48,225 bases of DNA from NCBI GenBank assembly GCA_043818275.1, contig JBDRFY010000036.1, positions 1 through 48,225 on the forward strand, given 5' to 3'. A model generated the notes under the pieces. That model did not search any database and was not told where the DNA came from. It worked only from the letters and a program-made list of their open reading frames with translations. Positions 20,937 to 31,138 of this stretch are shown piece after piece. The DNA is from a bacterium. Its GTDB lineage: Bacteria > Babelota > Babeliae > Babelales > JAUWHS01. Within the stretch, counting starts at the first letter, position 1, and each line of letters opens with the position of its first letter. Position numbers and translations under genes: made by a program.

Positions 20937-21224
20937 ATGGCAAGGTCTGTGCGCAAGGGTCCTTATGTTGATGCAAAGTTAATGGAAAAAATAGAAAGAG
21001 TTAAGGCTTCTGGTAAAAGAGAAACGATAAAAACCTGGAAGCGCAATAGCATGGTTACACCTGATTTTGTAGGGCTTACCATAGCTGTTCACGATGGTAG
21101 AAAATTTGTTCCAGTTTTTATTACAGAAAATATGGTGGGACATGCTTTGGGAGAATTTGCTCCGACCAGAACGTTTAGATTACATAGTGGTCAGCGTAAA
21201 GCTGGAGCTGAAGAAAAACAATAG
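20937..21224 (+). CDS. rpsS: 30S ribosomal protein uS19
   Basis: [13 protein letters not shown]. Confidence 0.98.
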   Translation: MARSVRKGPYVDAKLMEKIERVKASGKRETIKTWKRNSMVTPDFVGLTIAVHDGRKFVPVFITENMVGHALGEFAPTRTFRLHSGQRKAGAEEKQ

Positions 21225-21249
21225 TAAATTATAATTAAGGTTTAAGATT

Positions 21250-21639
21250 ATGCTTATTGGTAAAGCTAAAAGTAAATATATACGAATATCTCCTTATAAA
21301 TTACGTCCGATTGTTGATGTGATTCGTGGAAAGCGAGTTGATGAAGCTTTAGCTTGGCTTGATACTTGTTCTATGAAAAAAATTGTTCCTATAAAGAAAA
21401 CGTTAATTTCAGCTTATTCTAATGCTAAAAATCTAAATCCTAAAACAGCTGAAATGGAAAGAATGTTTATCAAAGAGATTAAGATTGATCAGGGACCGGT
21501 TATTAAGTATTTCAAGCCCGCTGCAATGGGAAGAGCAGCAATTCAAAGAAAGCGATTAAGTCATTTGAATGTTGTTGTTTCTGCAAAAGAAGATAAGGGT
21601 GTGACTAGTAATAAAAAAATTGAAGTAAAAAATAAATAA
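21250..21639 (+). CDS. rplV: 50S ribosomal protein uL22
   Basis: RISPYK..IRGK, SAYSNA, PAAMGRA. Confidence 0.97.
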   Translation: MLIGKAKSKYIRISPYKLRPIVDVIRGKRVDEALAWLDTCSMKKIVPIKKTLISAYSNAKNLNPKTAEMERMFIKEIKIDQGPVIKYFKPAAMGRAAIQRKRLSHLNVVVSAKEDKGVTSNKKIEVKNK

Positions 21640-21658
21640 AAGAAAGACGAGGTGTGTT

Positions 21659-22282
21659 GTGGGACAAAAGGTTAACCCTTTATCTTTTAGACTAGGCATT
21701 TACGAGGATTGGAAAGCGCATTGGTTTGCTAAAAAGGGAAATTATGGCGATGAGTTAATTGAAGATTTTAACATTCGCCAATTTTTAAAAGAAAAATTAA
21801 ATAATCAGGATATAAGCAAAATTGTTATTGATAAAGCTGCTGAAAATATTCGTATTACCATTTTTTCTTCCAAGCCTGGTGTGATTATAGGAAAAAAAGG
21901 TGTAGGAATTGAGCAATTAAAAAAAGAGCTTTATTCTAAATTTAAAAAGAATGTTGATATTTCAGTTCAGGAATTAAAAAATCCTGAAACAAATGCAGCG
22001 CTTGTTGCTAAAAGTATTGCGGAACAACTGGAAAAACGGGCTAGTTTTAAAAGGGTTATGAAAAAAGCAGGATTTGCAGCTCTTAGATCTGGTGCAAAAG
22101 GTGTCAAGATTTGTTGTTCAGGTCGTTTAGGCGGAGCAGAAATCGCAAGATCTGAGTGGCTTAGACTTGGTTCAATTCCTCTCCACACCCTGAGAGCTAA
22201 TGTTGATTATTCCTTAGCAGAAGCTAAAACGACTTATGGAATTATAGGTGTTAAGGTTTGGGTTTGCATGGGTGAATATTAA
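21659..22282 (+). CDS. rpsC: 30S ribosomal protein uS3
   Basis: GTG start [24 protein letters not shown]. Confidence 0.98.
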   Translation: MGQKVNPLSFRLGIYEDWKAHWFAKKGNYGDELIEDFNIRQFLKEKLNNQDISKIVIDKAAENIRITIFSSKPGVIIGKKGVGIEQLKKELYSKFKKNVDISVQELKNPETNAALVAKSIAEQLEKRASFKRVMKKAGFAALRSGAKGVKICCSGRLGGAEIARSEWLRLGSIPLHTLRANVDYSLAEAKTTYGIIGVKVWVCMGEY

Positions 22283-22306
22283 TACTGAAATAGAAAGTGA
22301 ATAAAA

Positions 22307-22741
22307 ATGTTAATGCCTAAAAAAGTTAAATACAGGAAAGTTCAAAAGGGCCGAATTAAAGGTTTGGCTAAAGGTGGTAAAACTTTAGCTTTTGGTGATT
22401 TTGGTCTTCGTACTGTAGAATCCGGAAGGATTACGGCAAGACAAATTGAAGCCGTAAGGGTTTCGGTTAGCAGAAAGTTGAAAAAGGGCGGGGAATATTT
22501 TTTAAGAATGTTTCCAGATAAACCAGTTACTAAAAAACCGGCTGAAACACGAATGGGTAAAGGTAAAGGTAATCCTGAGTTTTGGGTTTGTGTAGCGAAA
22601 AGAGAAAAAATTCTTATTGAGGTAAAGGGAATTAGCAAGCAAGAGGCTAAACAGGTTTTGAAATCTGCTGGATATAAGTTACCGGTAAAAACCAAATTTG
22701 TTGAAAAAGAAAATTTAACGGCAGTTATTGTTTCTATTTAA
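22307..22741 (+). CDS. rplP: 50S ribosomal protein uL16
   Basis: KPAETRMGKGKG. Confidence 0.98.
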   Translation: MLMPKKVKYRKVQKGRIKGLAKGGKTLAFGDFGLRTVESGRITARQIEAVRVSVSRKLKKGGEYFLRMFPDKPVTKKPAETRMGKGKGNPEFWVCVAKREKILIEVKGISKQEAKQVLKSAGYKLPVKTKFVEKENLTAVIVSI

Positions 22742-22751
22742 GGTTTGAATT

Positions 22752-22961
22752 ATGAAGAAAATTAATTTTGAAAATGTGACAAAAAAAGACCTTTTAAAAG
22801 AGGCAAATAAGATAAAAAAAGAATTATTTAATTTGAGATTAAATTTGGCGGCAGGACAAGTTAAAGATTATTCACAATTTAAAAAAATGCGCAAAGAGGC
22901 TGCCAGAGCCTTGACAAATTTAAATAAAAAAGATTCACGGCAACAAGATATTAATGGGTAA
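22752..22961 (+). CDS. rpmC: 50S ribosomal protein uL29
   Basis: KELFNLR..GQ; position between rplP and rpsQ. Confidence 0.93.
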   Translation: MKKINFENVTKKDLLKEANKIKKELFNLRLNLAAGQVKDYSQFKKMRKEAARALTNLNKKDSRQQDING

Positions 22962-22985
22962 TGGCGGTTTGATTGAGGAATTATA

Positions 22986-23267
22986 ATGACAAAAAACGCA
23001 CAAACAAAACAAATTACAACTTCAAAAAATAGATTTTTTGAGGGAGAAGTTGTTTCAGATAAAATGAATAAAACTATTACAGTTAAAGTTTACCGAACTT
23101 TAAAACATCCTATTACGGGTAAAACAATTAAAAAATTTAAAAAATATAAATCACATGATGAAGCAAATATTGCTCATATAGGTGATTGGGTTAAAATTGC
23201 AGAGTGTCGTCCGCTGTCAAAATTTAAACATACTAAATTAGTTCAAATTTTAAGAAAAGTGGTTTAA
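22986..23267 (+). CDS. rpsQ: 30S ribosomal protein uS17
   Basis: GEVVSDKMNKT, ECRPLSK. Confidence 0.97.
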   Translation: MTKNAQTKQITTSKNRFFEGEVVSDKMNKTITVKVYRTLKHPITGKTIKKFKKYKSHDEANIAHIGDWVKIAECRPLSKFKHTKLVQILRKVV

Positions 23268-23276
23268 GGGGTTATT

Positions 23277-23645
23277 ATGATTCAAAAAGAGACGTTCCTT
23301 AATGTTGCGGATAATTCTGGAGCCAAAAAGGTTCAGGTTATTCACATTAAAGGAAGTACAAGAAAAAGATTTGCCAGGTTGGGAGATATAGTAAAAGTTG
23401 CAGTTAAAAATGCAATTCCTGGTGGTACTGTAAAGAAAAGCGATGTTGTTGATGCTGTAATTGTTAGAACGAGAAAAGAGATGCGACGTTCTGATGGTAG
23501 CTATATAAGATTTGATGATAACGCAGCTGTTTTGATAGGAAAAGATGGGATGCCTGTGGGGACCCGTATTTTTGGACCTATCGCAAGAGAAATTAGGGCG
23601 GGTGGTTTTTTAAAAATTATCTCTTTAGCTCCTGAAGTATTGTAA
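23277..23645 (+). CDS. rplN: 50S ribosomal protein uL14
   Basis: [22 protein letters not shown]. Confidence 0.98.
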   Translation: MIQKETFLNVADNSGAKKVQVIHIKGSTRKRFARLGDIVKVAVKNAIPGGTVKKSDVVDAVIVRTRKEMRRSDGSYIRFDDNAAVLIGKDGMPVGTRIFGPIAREIRAGGFLKIISLAPEVL

Positions 23646-23661
23646 GAGTGAGGTAGTTATT

Positions 23662-23976
23662 ATGCTAAGCAGAATAAAAAAAGATGATAAAGTTATTGTT
23701 TTACAGGGGAAAGACCGGGGTAAAGAGGGTTTAGTTATTGATGTTAACTCTAAAAAGGGTAAAGTATTAGTTAAGGGTGTTAATGTTGTTACTAAACATC
23801 GCAAAGCTCGTAAGAGTGGCGAAAAAAGTAAAATAGTTAAAGAGGAAAAATTTTTGCCTCTTTGTAAAGTTATGCCTTTTTGTACTTCTTGTAAAAAAGC
23901 TTGTAGAATTCAGGTGAAATTTATGGAAGAAGGCAAAAAGGTTAGGGTTTGTCATCGTTGCAAAGAAGCATTTTAG
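23662..23976 (+). CDS. rplX: 50S ribosomal protein uL24
   Basis: KOW motif VIVLQGKDRGKEG; C-terminal CxxC..CxxC. Confidence 0.96.
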   Translation: MLSRIKKDDKVIVLQGKDRGKEGLVIDVNSKKGKVLVKGVNVVTKHRKARKSGEKSKIVKEEKFLPLCKVMPFCTSCKKACRIQVKFMEEGKKVRVCHRCKEAF

Positions 23977-23993
23977 TTGATAAAGGTTTTGGC

Positions 23994-24536
23994 ATGGAAG
24001 TACGTTTAGAAAAAAAATATAAAACTGAATTTAAAACAGAATTAATGAAAACGTTGAATCTTAAAAATGTAATGGAAATCCCACGTATTGAAAAAATTGT
24101 AATTAACGCAGGCGTAAAAAATACAGGGGATAGCAAAGCAATTGGTCAAATTCAGGAGGTTATTAGTAAAATTGCTGGTCAGGCTGCTGTAAGGACCAAT
24201 GCAAAAAAGTCTGTTGCAGGTTTTAAAATCCGCGCTGGAATGCCTATAGGAGTCAAAGTTACTCTTCGTGGTAAAAATATGTATAATTTTTTAGATAAAT
24301 TTATAAATTCTACTTTACCATCGGTTCGAGACTTTCATGGAATTTCCAAAAAGTTTGATGGTAAAGAAAATTATAATATTGGTATTTCTGATTGGATGGT
24401 TTTTCCTGAAATTGATTATGATAATGTTGATAAAGTTCATGGTTTAAATATAACTATTCAAACTTCAGCTAATTCGGATGAAAAAGCGTTAGAGCTGTTA
24501 AAAGTTTTTAATATGCCTTTTAAAAAGATAATTTAA
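23994..24536 (+). CDS. rplE: 50S ribosomal protein uL5
   Basis: PRIEKIVIN, GFKIRAGMPIGVKVTLR; ATG at 23994. Confidence 0.97.
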   Translation: MEVRLEKKYKTEFKTELMKTLNLKNVMEIPRIEKIVINAGVKNTGDSKAIGQIQEVISKIAGQAAVRTNAKKSVAGFKIRAGMPIGVKVTLRGKNMYNFLDKFINSTLPSVRDFHGISKKFDGKENYNIGISDWMVFPEIDYDNVDKVHGLNITIQTSANSDEKALELLKVFNMPFKKII

Positions 24537-24548
24537 GGATTTTAATTT

Positions 24549-24734
24549 ATGGCAAGAAAAGCTTTGATTGAAAAATCTAAAAGAATCCCGCAGTTTTCAG
24601 TAAGAGCGAGAAATCGATGCAAGGTATGCGGAAGAGCCAGGGGGTATTTAAGTGATTTTTCTTTATGTAGAATTTGTTTTAGAAAATCAGCTTCAGATGG
24701 ATTGTTACCTGGAGTTAAGAAGGCTAGCTGGTAA
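24549..24734 (+). CDS. rpsN: 30S ribosomal protein uS14, zinc-binding (type Z)
   Basis: 61 aa, [19 protein letters not shown]. Confidence 0.97.
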   Translation: MARKALIEKSKRIPQFSVRARNRCKVCGRARGYLSDFSLCRICFRKSASDGLLPGVKKASW

Positions 24735-24751
24735 TTTAGTAAAGGATAAAA

Positions 24752-25147
24752 ATGTCAATTGATACGATTAGTGATTTTTTAACTTCTATAAGAAACGCTT
24801 TAATGGTTTCAAAAAGATCTGTTGTGATTCCTTTTTCTAAAATGAAATTAGATATAGCCAAAGTTTTAAAGGAAGAAGGTTACATAAAGGATTATCAACA
24901 GATTGAAAAAGAATCAGGGCACAAGGACTTAGTGATTTTTTTGAAGTATGTACAAGGAAGATCTGCTATCAGTGAGATTAAAAGAATTAGTACTCCAGGA
25001 AGACGCTCTTATATTGGAATTAATAAAATGAAACGAATTGATGGTGGTTTGGGTGTTGCCATTCTTTCGACAAATAAAGGGATAATTACAGATTCTCAGG
25101 CGAGAAAATTTGTTGTAGGTGGAGAAGTTATTTGTCATATTAGGTGA
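24752..25147 (+). CDS. rpsH: 30S ribosomal protein uS8
   Basis: DTISDFLTSIRNA, RISTPGRR, GGEVIC. Confidence 0.97.
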   Translation: MSIDTISDFLTSIRNALMVSKRSVVIPFSKMKLDIAKVLKEEGYIKDYQQIEKESGHKDLVIFLKYVQGRSAISEIKRISTPGRRSYIGINKMKRIDGGLGVAILSTNKGIITDSQARKFVVGGEVICHIR

Positions 25148-25170
25148 TTTTGAGTGAAAAAGGAAATGAT

Positions 25171-25722
25171 ATGTCGAAGATAGGAAGAAAACTGATACCG
25201 ATTTCTACGGCAAAAGTTGAAATAAAAGGGAATGAGATTTTTATTGAGGGCCCAAAGGCTAAATACACTCACATTGTTCCTGATTCAATAAAGATTTCTT
25301 TAAAAGATAAATCTTTGCTTGTTTCAGTTAATGAAAAGCAATCCAAAAAAAATAATGAGCTTTGGGGGCTTCATCGTGCGTTAATAGCTAATAAAATCAA
25401 GGGTGTTGAAACAGGGTTTGAAAAAAAATTGAAAATAGTTGGTCTTGGTTTTAAGGCTGTGTTGAGTGGAAAAAAAATGACTTTTTCTTTGGGATATAGC
25501 CATAAAGTAGATTATCAATTACCTGAGGGTGTTGAAGTTTTAATTGATAAAACAGGGCAACAATTAACCCTTAAATCTTCAGATAAATTTTTATTGGGTA
25601 ATGCGTGTTCTGATATTAAGGCATTTAAAAGACCAGAGCCTTATAAGGGAACGGGTATAATGTTTGAAGATGAAGTTATTGTTAGAAAAGCTGGTAAAGC
25701 TAAGGCTGCGGCAGCAAGTTAA
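25171..25722 (+). CDS. rplF: 50S ribosomal protein uL6
   Basis: MSKIGRK start, LGYSH, PEPYKGTG. Confidence 0.97.
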   Translation: MSKIGRKLIPISTAKVEIKGNEIFIEGPKAKYTHIVPDSIKISLKDKSLLVSVNEKQSKKNNELWGLHRALIANKIKGVETGFEKKLKIVGLGFKAVLSGKKMTFSLGYSHKVDYQLPEGVEVLIDKTGQQLTLKSSDKFLLGNACSDIKAFKRPEPYKGTGIMFEDEVIVRKAGKAKAAAAS

Positions 25723-25765
25723 TATTAGTTGAATGTAAGAAATTTTGTTTTAAAGGGGTTCTACT

Positions 25766-26122
25766 GTGAGCTTGCAAAAAAAGTTGGCAAAGAAAAGAGC
25801 AAGAAGATCTTTTAGGGTAAAAAATAAACAGACCTCAAGAGGCGTTTTGCTTAGATTATCTGTTTATAGAAGTTTAAAACATATCTATGCCCAAATAATT
25901 GATGATGCTGCTCAAAAAACATTATTAACTTTTTCTTCTTTAATGCTTCAGGATAAATCTGGAGATAAAAAAGAAGTTGCAAAAAAAGTTGGATTGGAAT
26001 TGGGTAAAATTGCTCTTGATAAATCTATAGATCAGGTTTTGTTTGATCGTGGAAGATTTTTGTATCATGGAAGAATAAAAGCTTTGGCCGAAGGCGCGCG
26101 TCAGTCTGGGTTAAAGTTTTAG
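25766..26122 (+). CDS. rplR: 50S ribosomal protein uL18
   Basis: RLSVYRS..HIYAQIIDD, FDRG..YHGR. Confidence 0.97.
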   Translation: MSLQKKLAKKRARRSFRVKNKQTSRGVLLRLSVYRSLKHIYAQIIDDAAQKTLLTFSSLMLQDKSGDKKEVAKKVGLELGKIALDKSIDQVLFDRGRFLYHGRIKALAEGARQSGLKF

Positions 26123-26169
26123 TTTAAGTTTGATTAAAAGTTTTAAATTTATTTGGGAAGATTGTTAAT

Positions 26170-26700
26170 ATGACAGTTCCAGTTGAGAAAAAGAATCAAA
26201 AAGAAGAATATTTTGAAACAGTTTTAAATGTTCGTCGCGTTGCAAAAGTTATTAAAGGCGGACGAAGGTTTGCTTTTTCAGCTTTAGTTGTTGTTGGTGA
26301 TAGAAATGGAAGCGTTGGTTTTGCATTGGGAAAAAGTCGGGATGTTTCTTCTGCAATTTCTAAAGCTTTAAAGAGAGCCAAAAAAAGCATGATGACTTTT
26401 CCTATGTTTAAAACCACATTGCCATTTACTGTTAATGCAAAGCATTCAGCGAGTAAAGTACTTTTAAGAACAGCTTCTAAAGGTACAGGGCTTATTGCTG
26501 GAGGAGCTATTAGAGCTGTTATGGAGGCATTGGGTGTAAAAGATATTTTGTCAAAGACATTTGGTTCTCATAATCCTCATAATATTGTTAAAGCAACAAT
26601 AAAAGCTCTAAGTAAATTAAAATCAGGTAAAGAAATAGCTCAGATTAGAGGTAAAAGTTTGAAAGATATATTTGGAGAAAAAGAAGATGTTACAGCTTAA
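26170..26700 (+). CDS. rpsE: 30S ribosomal protein uS5
   Basis: RVAKVIKGGRRF, GTGLIAGG. Confidence 0.98.
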   Translation: MTVPVEKKNQKEEYFETVLNVRRVAKVIKGGRRFAFSALVVVGDRNGSVGFALGKSRDVSSAISKALKRAKKSMMTFPMFKTTLPFTVNAKHSASKVLLRTASKGTGLIAGGAIRAVMEALGVKDILSKTFGSHNPHNIVKATIKALSKLKSGKEIAQIRGKSLKDIFGEKEDVTA

Positions 26701-27139
26701 TGAATTAGCAAAGTTAAAAAAATCCCGCAAAAGAATTGGTAGAGGTGGTGAGCGTGGAGGGACTTCAGGAAAAGGGCATAAAGGACAAAAAGCAAGAACA
26801 GGTTCCGCTTCAGAACTGAGACCTTTTTTTGAAGGCGGTCAAATGCCTTTATCTCGTCGTCTACCGGTTCGTGGTTTTACAAATGCTTTTGCTAAAAAAG
26901 TAAAAATTATAAACATAAAAGATTTGGAAGCTAAATTTTCAGAAAATGAAATTGTTAATAAACAAACTTTGGTTAAAATGGGTTTAATCAAAGGAAAAGA
27001 TAATTATTTAATAAAAGTTTTAGGTAAGGGTGTTTTATCTAAACCTTTAACCGTGCAGGTTAATTCTATAAGCAAATCTGCTTTAAAAGCTATTGAGAAG
27101 GCTGGCGGAAATTTTTCTAGCCAACAACGAGGAGAATAG
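26687..27139 (+). CDS. rplO: 50S ribosomal protein uL15
   Basis: MLQLNEL start overlapping rpsE end, GKGHKGQKAR, FEGGQMPL. Confidence 0.97.
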   Translation: MLQLNELAKLKKSRKRIGRGGERGGTSGKGHKGQKARTGSASELRPFFEGGQMPLSRRLPVRGFTNAFAKKVKIINIKDLEAKFSENEIVNKQTLVKMGLIKGKDNYLIKVLGKGVLSKPLTVQVNSISKSALKAIEKAGGNFSSQQRGE

Positions 27140-27141
27140 TT

Positions 27142-28452
27142 GTGGTAGTGTTGCGTAATTTTAAAAATATTTTTTTAGTTACTGAATTAAGAAACAAGCT
27201 TATGTTTACACTTGGTGTTTTGGCTGTTTATCGTTTTGGTGTTCATATACCAATACCAGGAATCAATGTGTATGCATTAGGAAGTTTGTTTAAATCTAAT
27301 ATTGCAGGCGGCCTTTTATCTTATCTGGATCTTTTTGCAGGGGGAGCGTTAAGAAATTTTGCGATTTTTGCATTAGGAATCAGTCCATATATTAGTGCTT
27401 CTATTATGATGCAACTTTTAACAGTTATGATTCCTACTTTAGAGCAATTATCCAAAGAAGGTGAATATGGCCGAAGAATAATAAATCAGTATACGAGATA
27501 TTTAACATTAGGTGTCAGCCTTATTCAGGGTTTTGGTATTTCTGCGTATGTTGAAAGTAATCCTGGTTTAGTTCTTAATCCTGGTTGGAGTTTTAAGCTT
27601 ACTTCAACACTTATTTTGGTTGTTGGTTCAATGTTTGTTATGTGGCTGGGTGAACAGATAAATGCTCACGGAATTGGAAATGGAAGTTCGGTTATAATTT
27701 TTGCAGGTATTGTTGCAGGGTTACCTGATGCTATTATTAAATTGTCTAATTTTATTATGGAAGGTCAAACGGATCCGTTGCTCGCATTAGCCCTTCTTTT
27801 TGTAACATTACTTGTTATTGTTTGTGTTATTTTCCTTGAAAAAGGTGAAAGACGGGTACCGGTCCAATATGCAAAAAGAGTTATTGGTCATAAGGTTTAT
27901 GGCGGTCAAAGTTCTTATATTCCGTTAAAATTAAATCCATCAGGTGTTATTCCGGTAATTTTTGCAAGTTCTTTGTTAACCTTTCCTATGACAATAGTTG
28001 GTGCTTTATCCCGAAAATTTCCATCATTAACTATTCTTTCAGAATGGTTAAACATGGGCGCTTTGCACTATACTTTAATGGCTGCCTTGATTATATTTTT
28101 CTCCTTTTTTTATACGGCAGTGATATTTAATCCTGCAGAGTTAGCAGACAATATTAGGAAGTCTGGTGGTTTTATTCCGGGAATAAGACCAGGAAAAAGA
28201 ACATCAGAATTTTTCGATTATCTTTTGACCCGTATTGGTTTGCCTGGTTCAATTTATTTAGCTTTATTGGCGATTTTGCCAGGAATTTTAAGACAGATTA
28301 TGGGCTTTCCGATTATGTTTAGCGGAATTAGTCTTTTGATTGTTATTGGTGTTGCTATGGATACATCGGCACAAATTGAATCTCATTTGATTGAACGAAG
28401 ATATGAAGGATTTTTGTCTACAGGAAAACTAAAGGGCCGTTACGGTAGATAA
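27142..28452 (+). CDS. secY: Preprotein translocase subunit SecY
   Basis: LGISPYISASI, GIGNGSS, FIPGIRPG, multiple TM segments. Confidence 0.98.
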   Translation: MVVLRNFKNIFLVTELRNKLMFTLGVLAVYRFGVHIPIPGINVYALGSLFKSNIAGGLLSYLDLFAGGALRNFAIFALGISPYISASIMMQLLTVMIPTLEQLSKEGEYGRRIINQYTRYLTLGVSLIQGFGISAYVESNPGLVLNPGWSFKLTSTLILVVGSMFVMWLGEQINAHGIGNGSSVIIFAGIVAGLPDAIIKLSNFIMEGQTDPLLALALLFVTLLVIVCVIFLEKGERRVPVQYAKRVIGHKVYGGQSSYIPLKLNPSGVIPVIFASSLLTFPMTIVGALSRKFPSLTILSEWLNMGALHYTLMAALIIFFSFFYTAVIFNPAELADNIRKSGGFIPGIRPGKRTSEFFDYLLTRIGLPGSIYLALLAILPGILRQIMGFPIMFSGISLLIVIGVAMDTSAQIESHLIERRYEGFLSTGKLKGRYGR

Positions 28453-28454
28453 AA

Positions 28455-29135
28455 ATGATTAAAACAGATTTAGGCAAAACGATTATTTCTTTTTTTGGCC
28501 CTCCTGGTTCCGGTAAAGGAACCTTGGCTGAACGGCTTGTTAAGGAGCAGGATTATAAAATGTTGTCGACAGGTAATTTATGTAGACAGCATATAGCTCA
28601 AAAAACGGAATTTGGCCAAATGCTTAATGATTTTATTAAAAAAGGTGACCTTGTTCCTGATGAATTAATAACTGATATGGTTAAAGATTGGTTGAAATTA
28701 CAAGTTGGACAAAATAAACCAATTATTTTAGATGGTTATCCAAGAACCAAAAGACAAGCTGAACTGTTTTATAATGTGCTGAAAAATGAATTTCCTGAAT
28801 ATTTATATCGGGTAATTTTGATAAATTTACCGGAAGAAACAATAGTTAAACGGTTAGCGGGAAGACTGGTTTGTGAAAATAAGAAATGTCAGGCTGTTTA
28901 TAATGTTTCAATGTTGACGGAAAAAGATATTGAAGAATGTGAAAAATGTGGTGGAAAATTGATAAGACGGGATGATGATAAGGAAGAAGTTGTAAGGGCC
29001 AGGCTTAAAAATTATGTTGATTATAGTACTGAGATTTTAAATTATTATGAATCGGTTGGACAAAGAATAGAGTGTTTGAATATCGATAATTTGACCATTG
29101 ATGAAGTCTTTGAAAAATTTGAATCTGTTTTATAG
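28455..29135 (+). CDS. adk: Adenylate kinase (Cys-containing lid)
   Basis: GPPGSGKGT, LDGYPRT, lid CxxxxC..CxxC, RRDDD. Confidence 0.96.
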   Translation: MIKTDLGKTIISFFGPPGSGKGTLAERLVKEQDYKMLSTGNLCRQHIAQKTEFGQMLNDFIKKGDLVPDELITDMVKDWLKLQVGQNKPIILDGYPRTKRQAELFYNVLKNEFPEYLYRVILINLPEETIVKRLAGRLVCENKKCQAVYNVSMLTEKDIEECEKCGGKLIRRDDDKEEVVRARLKNYVDYSTEILNYYESVGQRIECLNIDNLTIDEVFEKFESVL

Positions 29136-29141
29136 CTGATT

Positions 29142-29891
29142 ATGATTATTATTAAAAATAAATTAGCTATAGATAAAATGAGAATTGCTGGTCATAGATT
29201 GGCCAAAATATTAAAAGATGTCAGTCTTTTTGTAAAACCAGGGGTTGATACGGCTACAATTGACTCTTTCATTGAACAGAATATGAAAAAAGCTGATCTT
29301 AAAACAATGTGCAAGGGATATCGCGGATATTGTCACGCAACCTGTATATCAATAAATGATGAAATTGTTCATGGGGTTCCAAGTCAAAAAGTAGTTTTAA
29401 AATCTGGAGATTTTGTTAAAATTGATGTAGTTGGATCTTATCAGGATTATTGCGCAGATATAACAAGATTTTATTTTGTTGATTCTGTTGGGGCTGAAGT
29501 TCAGTGTTTAGCTCAAACTGCCCAAAGGGCTCTTGATAAAGCAATTGAAATATCTCGTCCGGGAATTCATTTATCAGATTTATCCTCAGCAATTCAGAAA
29601 GTTGTTGAAGAGGCTGGTTTTAACGTTGTGAGAGATTTTGCCGGTCATGGCATTGGCAAAAATTTACATGAGCCACCAGATATTCCTAATTATGGAGAAG
29701 GGGGAAAGGGGCCAATTTTACGGTCTGGTATGACTTTGGCTATTGAACCGATGATTACCCAGGGTCATTGGGCTATAAAAATTGATAAAGATGGTTGGAC
29801 TGCAAGAACTGCGGATGGAAAATTATCTGCTCATGTTGAAGATACCATTGCGATAACAAGTGATGGGGCAGAAGTGTTAACTAGGCTATAG
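29142..29891 (+). CDS. map: Methionine aminopeptidase type I
   Basis: CISINDEIVHG, GHGIG..LHE, AIEPM, AHVEDT. Confidence 0.97.
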   Translation: MIIIKNKLAIDKMRIAGHRLAKILKDVSLFVKPGVDTATIDSFIEQNMKKADLKTMCKGYRGYCHATCISINDEIVHGVPSQKVVLKSGDFVKIDVVGSYQDYCADITRFYFVDSVGAEVQCLAQTAQRALDKAIEISRPGIHLSDLSSAIQKVVEEAGFNVVRDFAGHGIGKNLHEPPDIPNYGEGGKGPILRSGMTLAIEPMITQGHWAIKIDKDGWTARTADGKLSAHVEDTIAITSDGAEVLTRL

Positions 29892-29910
29892 CTTTAAGGA
29901 ATAAGTTGCT

Positions 29911-30135
29911 ATGAAAAAAAAAGAAGGCGTTATTGTTATAGATGGGATAGTAGAGAAAGCTTTGCCAAATGCAATGTTTCAGGTCAAACTTGAAGGTGGG
30001 CATACAGTTTTGGCACATGTTTCAGGCAAGATGCGGATGCATTATATTAAACTTTTGCCAGGGGATAAAGTTGCGGTTGAGTTATCTCCTTATGATTTGA
30101 CTAAGGGTAGGATTATTTCAAGGTATAAAATTTAA
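29911..30135 (+). CDS. infA: Translation initiation factor IF-1
   Basis: [23 protein letters not shown]. Confidence 0.98.
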   Translation: MKKKEGVIVIDGIVEKALPNAMFQVKLEGGHTVLAHVSGKMRMHYIKLLPGDKVAVELSPYDLTKGRIISRYKI

Positions 30136-30155
30136 AATTGTAAAGTGAATGAATC

Positions 30156-30272
30156 ATGAAAGTAAAAACATCTGTAAAAAAAATTTGCTCAGATTGTAAA
30201 ATTATAAAGCGTAAAGGTGTTGTAAGAGTTATTTGCAAAAAAAATCCCAGACACAAACAGCGTCAGGGATAA
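30156..30272 (+). CDS. rpmJ: 50S ribosomal protein bL36 (not in ORF track)
   Basis: Manual translation [38 protein letters not shown]. Confidence 0.97.
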   Translation: MKVKTSVKKICSDCKIIKRKGVVRVICKKNPRHKQRQG

Positions 30273-30296
30273 GTTTTATCTGTAAGAAAGGTTTAA

Positions 30297-30686
30297 ATGG
30301 CTCGTATTGAAGGTGTAAATTTACCAAGAGAAAAGCGGATCGAATATGGGTTGACCTATATTTACGGAATAGGTTTGACCAGTGCTCAAAATATTCTTAA
30401 AACTACAAAAGTTAACCCTGATGTTAGAGTAAAAGATTTAACAGATGAACAAATTGCTGCAATTCAAAGAGAAATTTCTCGTGAATATAAAGTTGAGGGT
30501 GATCTAAGAAAAGAAGTAACTTTAAATATTAAGCGCCTGCAGGAAATTGGTTCTTATCGTGGATTGCGTCACAAAAGATCTTTGCCTGTACGTGGGCAGA
30601 GAACGAAAACTAACGCCAGAACCCGTAAAGGACCAAGAAAAGCTGGCAGTGCGATTTCTCTTAAAAAAGCACCAACTAAGAAGTAA
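30297..30686 (+). CDS. rpsM: 30S ribosomal protein uS13
   Basis: [25 protein letters not shown]. Confidence 0.98.
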   Translation: MARIEGVNLPREKRIEYGLTYIYGIGLTSAQNILKTTKVNPDVRVKDLTDEQIAAIQREISREYKVEGDLRKEVTLNIKRLQEIGSYRGLRHKRSLPVRGQRTKTNARTRKGPRKAGSAISLKKAPTKK

Positions 30687-30701
30687 AAGGTAAAAAAAAA
30701 T

Positions 30702-31088
30702 ATGGCTTACAAGAAAAAAAGTAAGAAAAAAAATCTAAAAAATGTTGATACTGTATTGGCACATGTTAAATCTACTTTTAATAATACCGTAGTTTCGATT
30801 ACAAATATGCAGGGAGATGTATTATTAAGAGGTAGTTCAGGGCAATTGGGATTTAAGGGGGCGCGAAAAGGAACTCCTTTTGCAGCCACACAAATAGCTA
30901 CAAAATTGGCAAAAGATATGGTTGGATTGGGAGTTAGGGCCATGGAAGTTAATTTACAGGGACCGGGATCAGGAAGAGATTCTGTTGTAAGAGCCTTTCA
31001 GTCTTCAGGTTTAAATGTTTCTGTTTTAAGAGATGTAACTCCTTTGCCTCATAATGGTTGCCGTCCTGCTAAGAAACGTAGAGTTTAA
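30702..31088 (+). CDS. rpsK: 30S ribosomal protein uS11
   Basis: STFNNT, DVTPLPHNGCRP. Confidence 0.98.
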   Translation: MAYKKKSKKKNLKNVDTVLAHVKSTFNNTVVSITNMQGDVLLRGSSGQLGFKGARKGTPFAATQIATKLAKDMVGLGVRAMEVNLQGPGSGRDSVVRAFQSSGLNVSVLRDVTPLPHNGCRPAKKRRV

Positions 31089-31138
31089 TTTAATTTGTAA
31101 ACAAGAAAAATCTTGTTGAAAAGAGGTAGAATAGTTTT

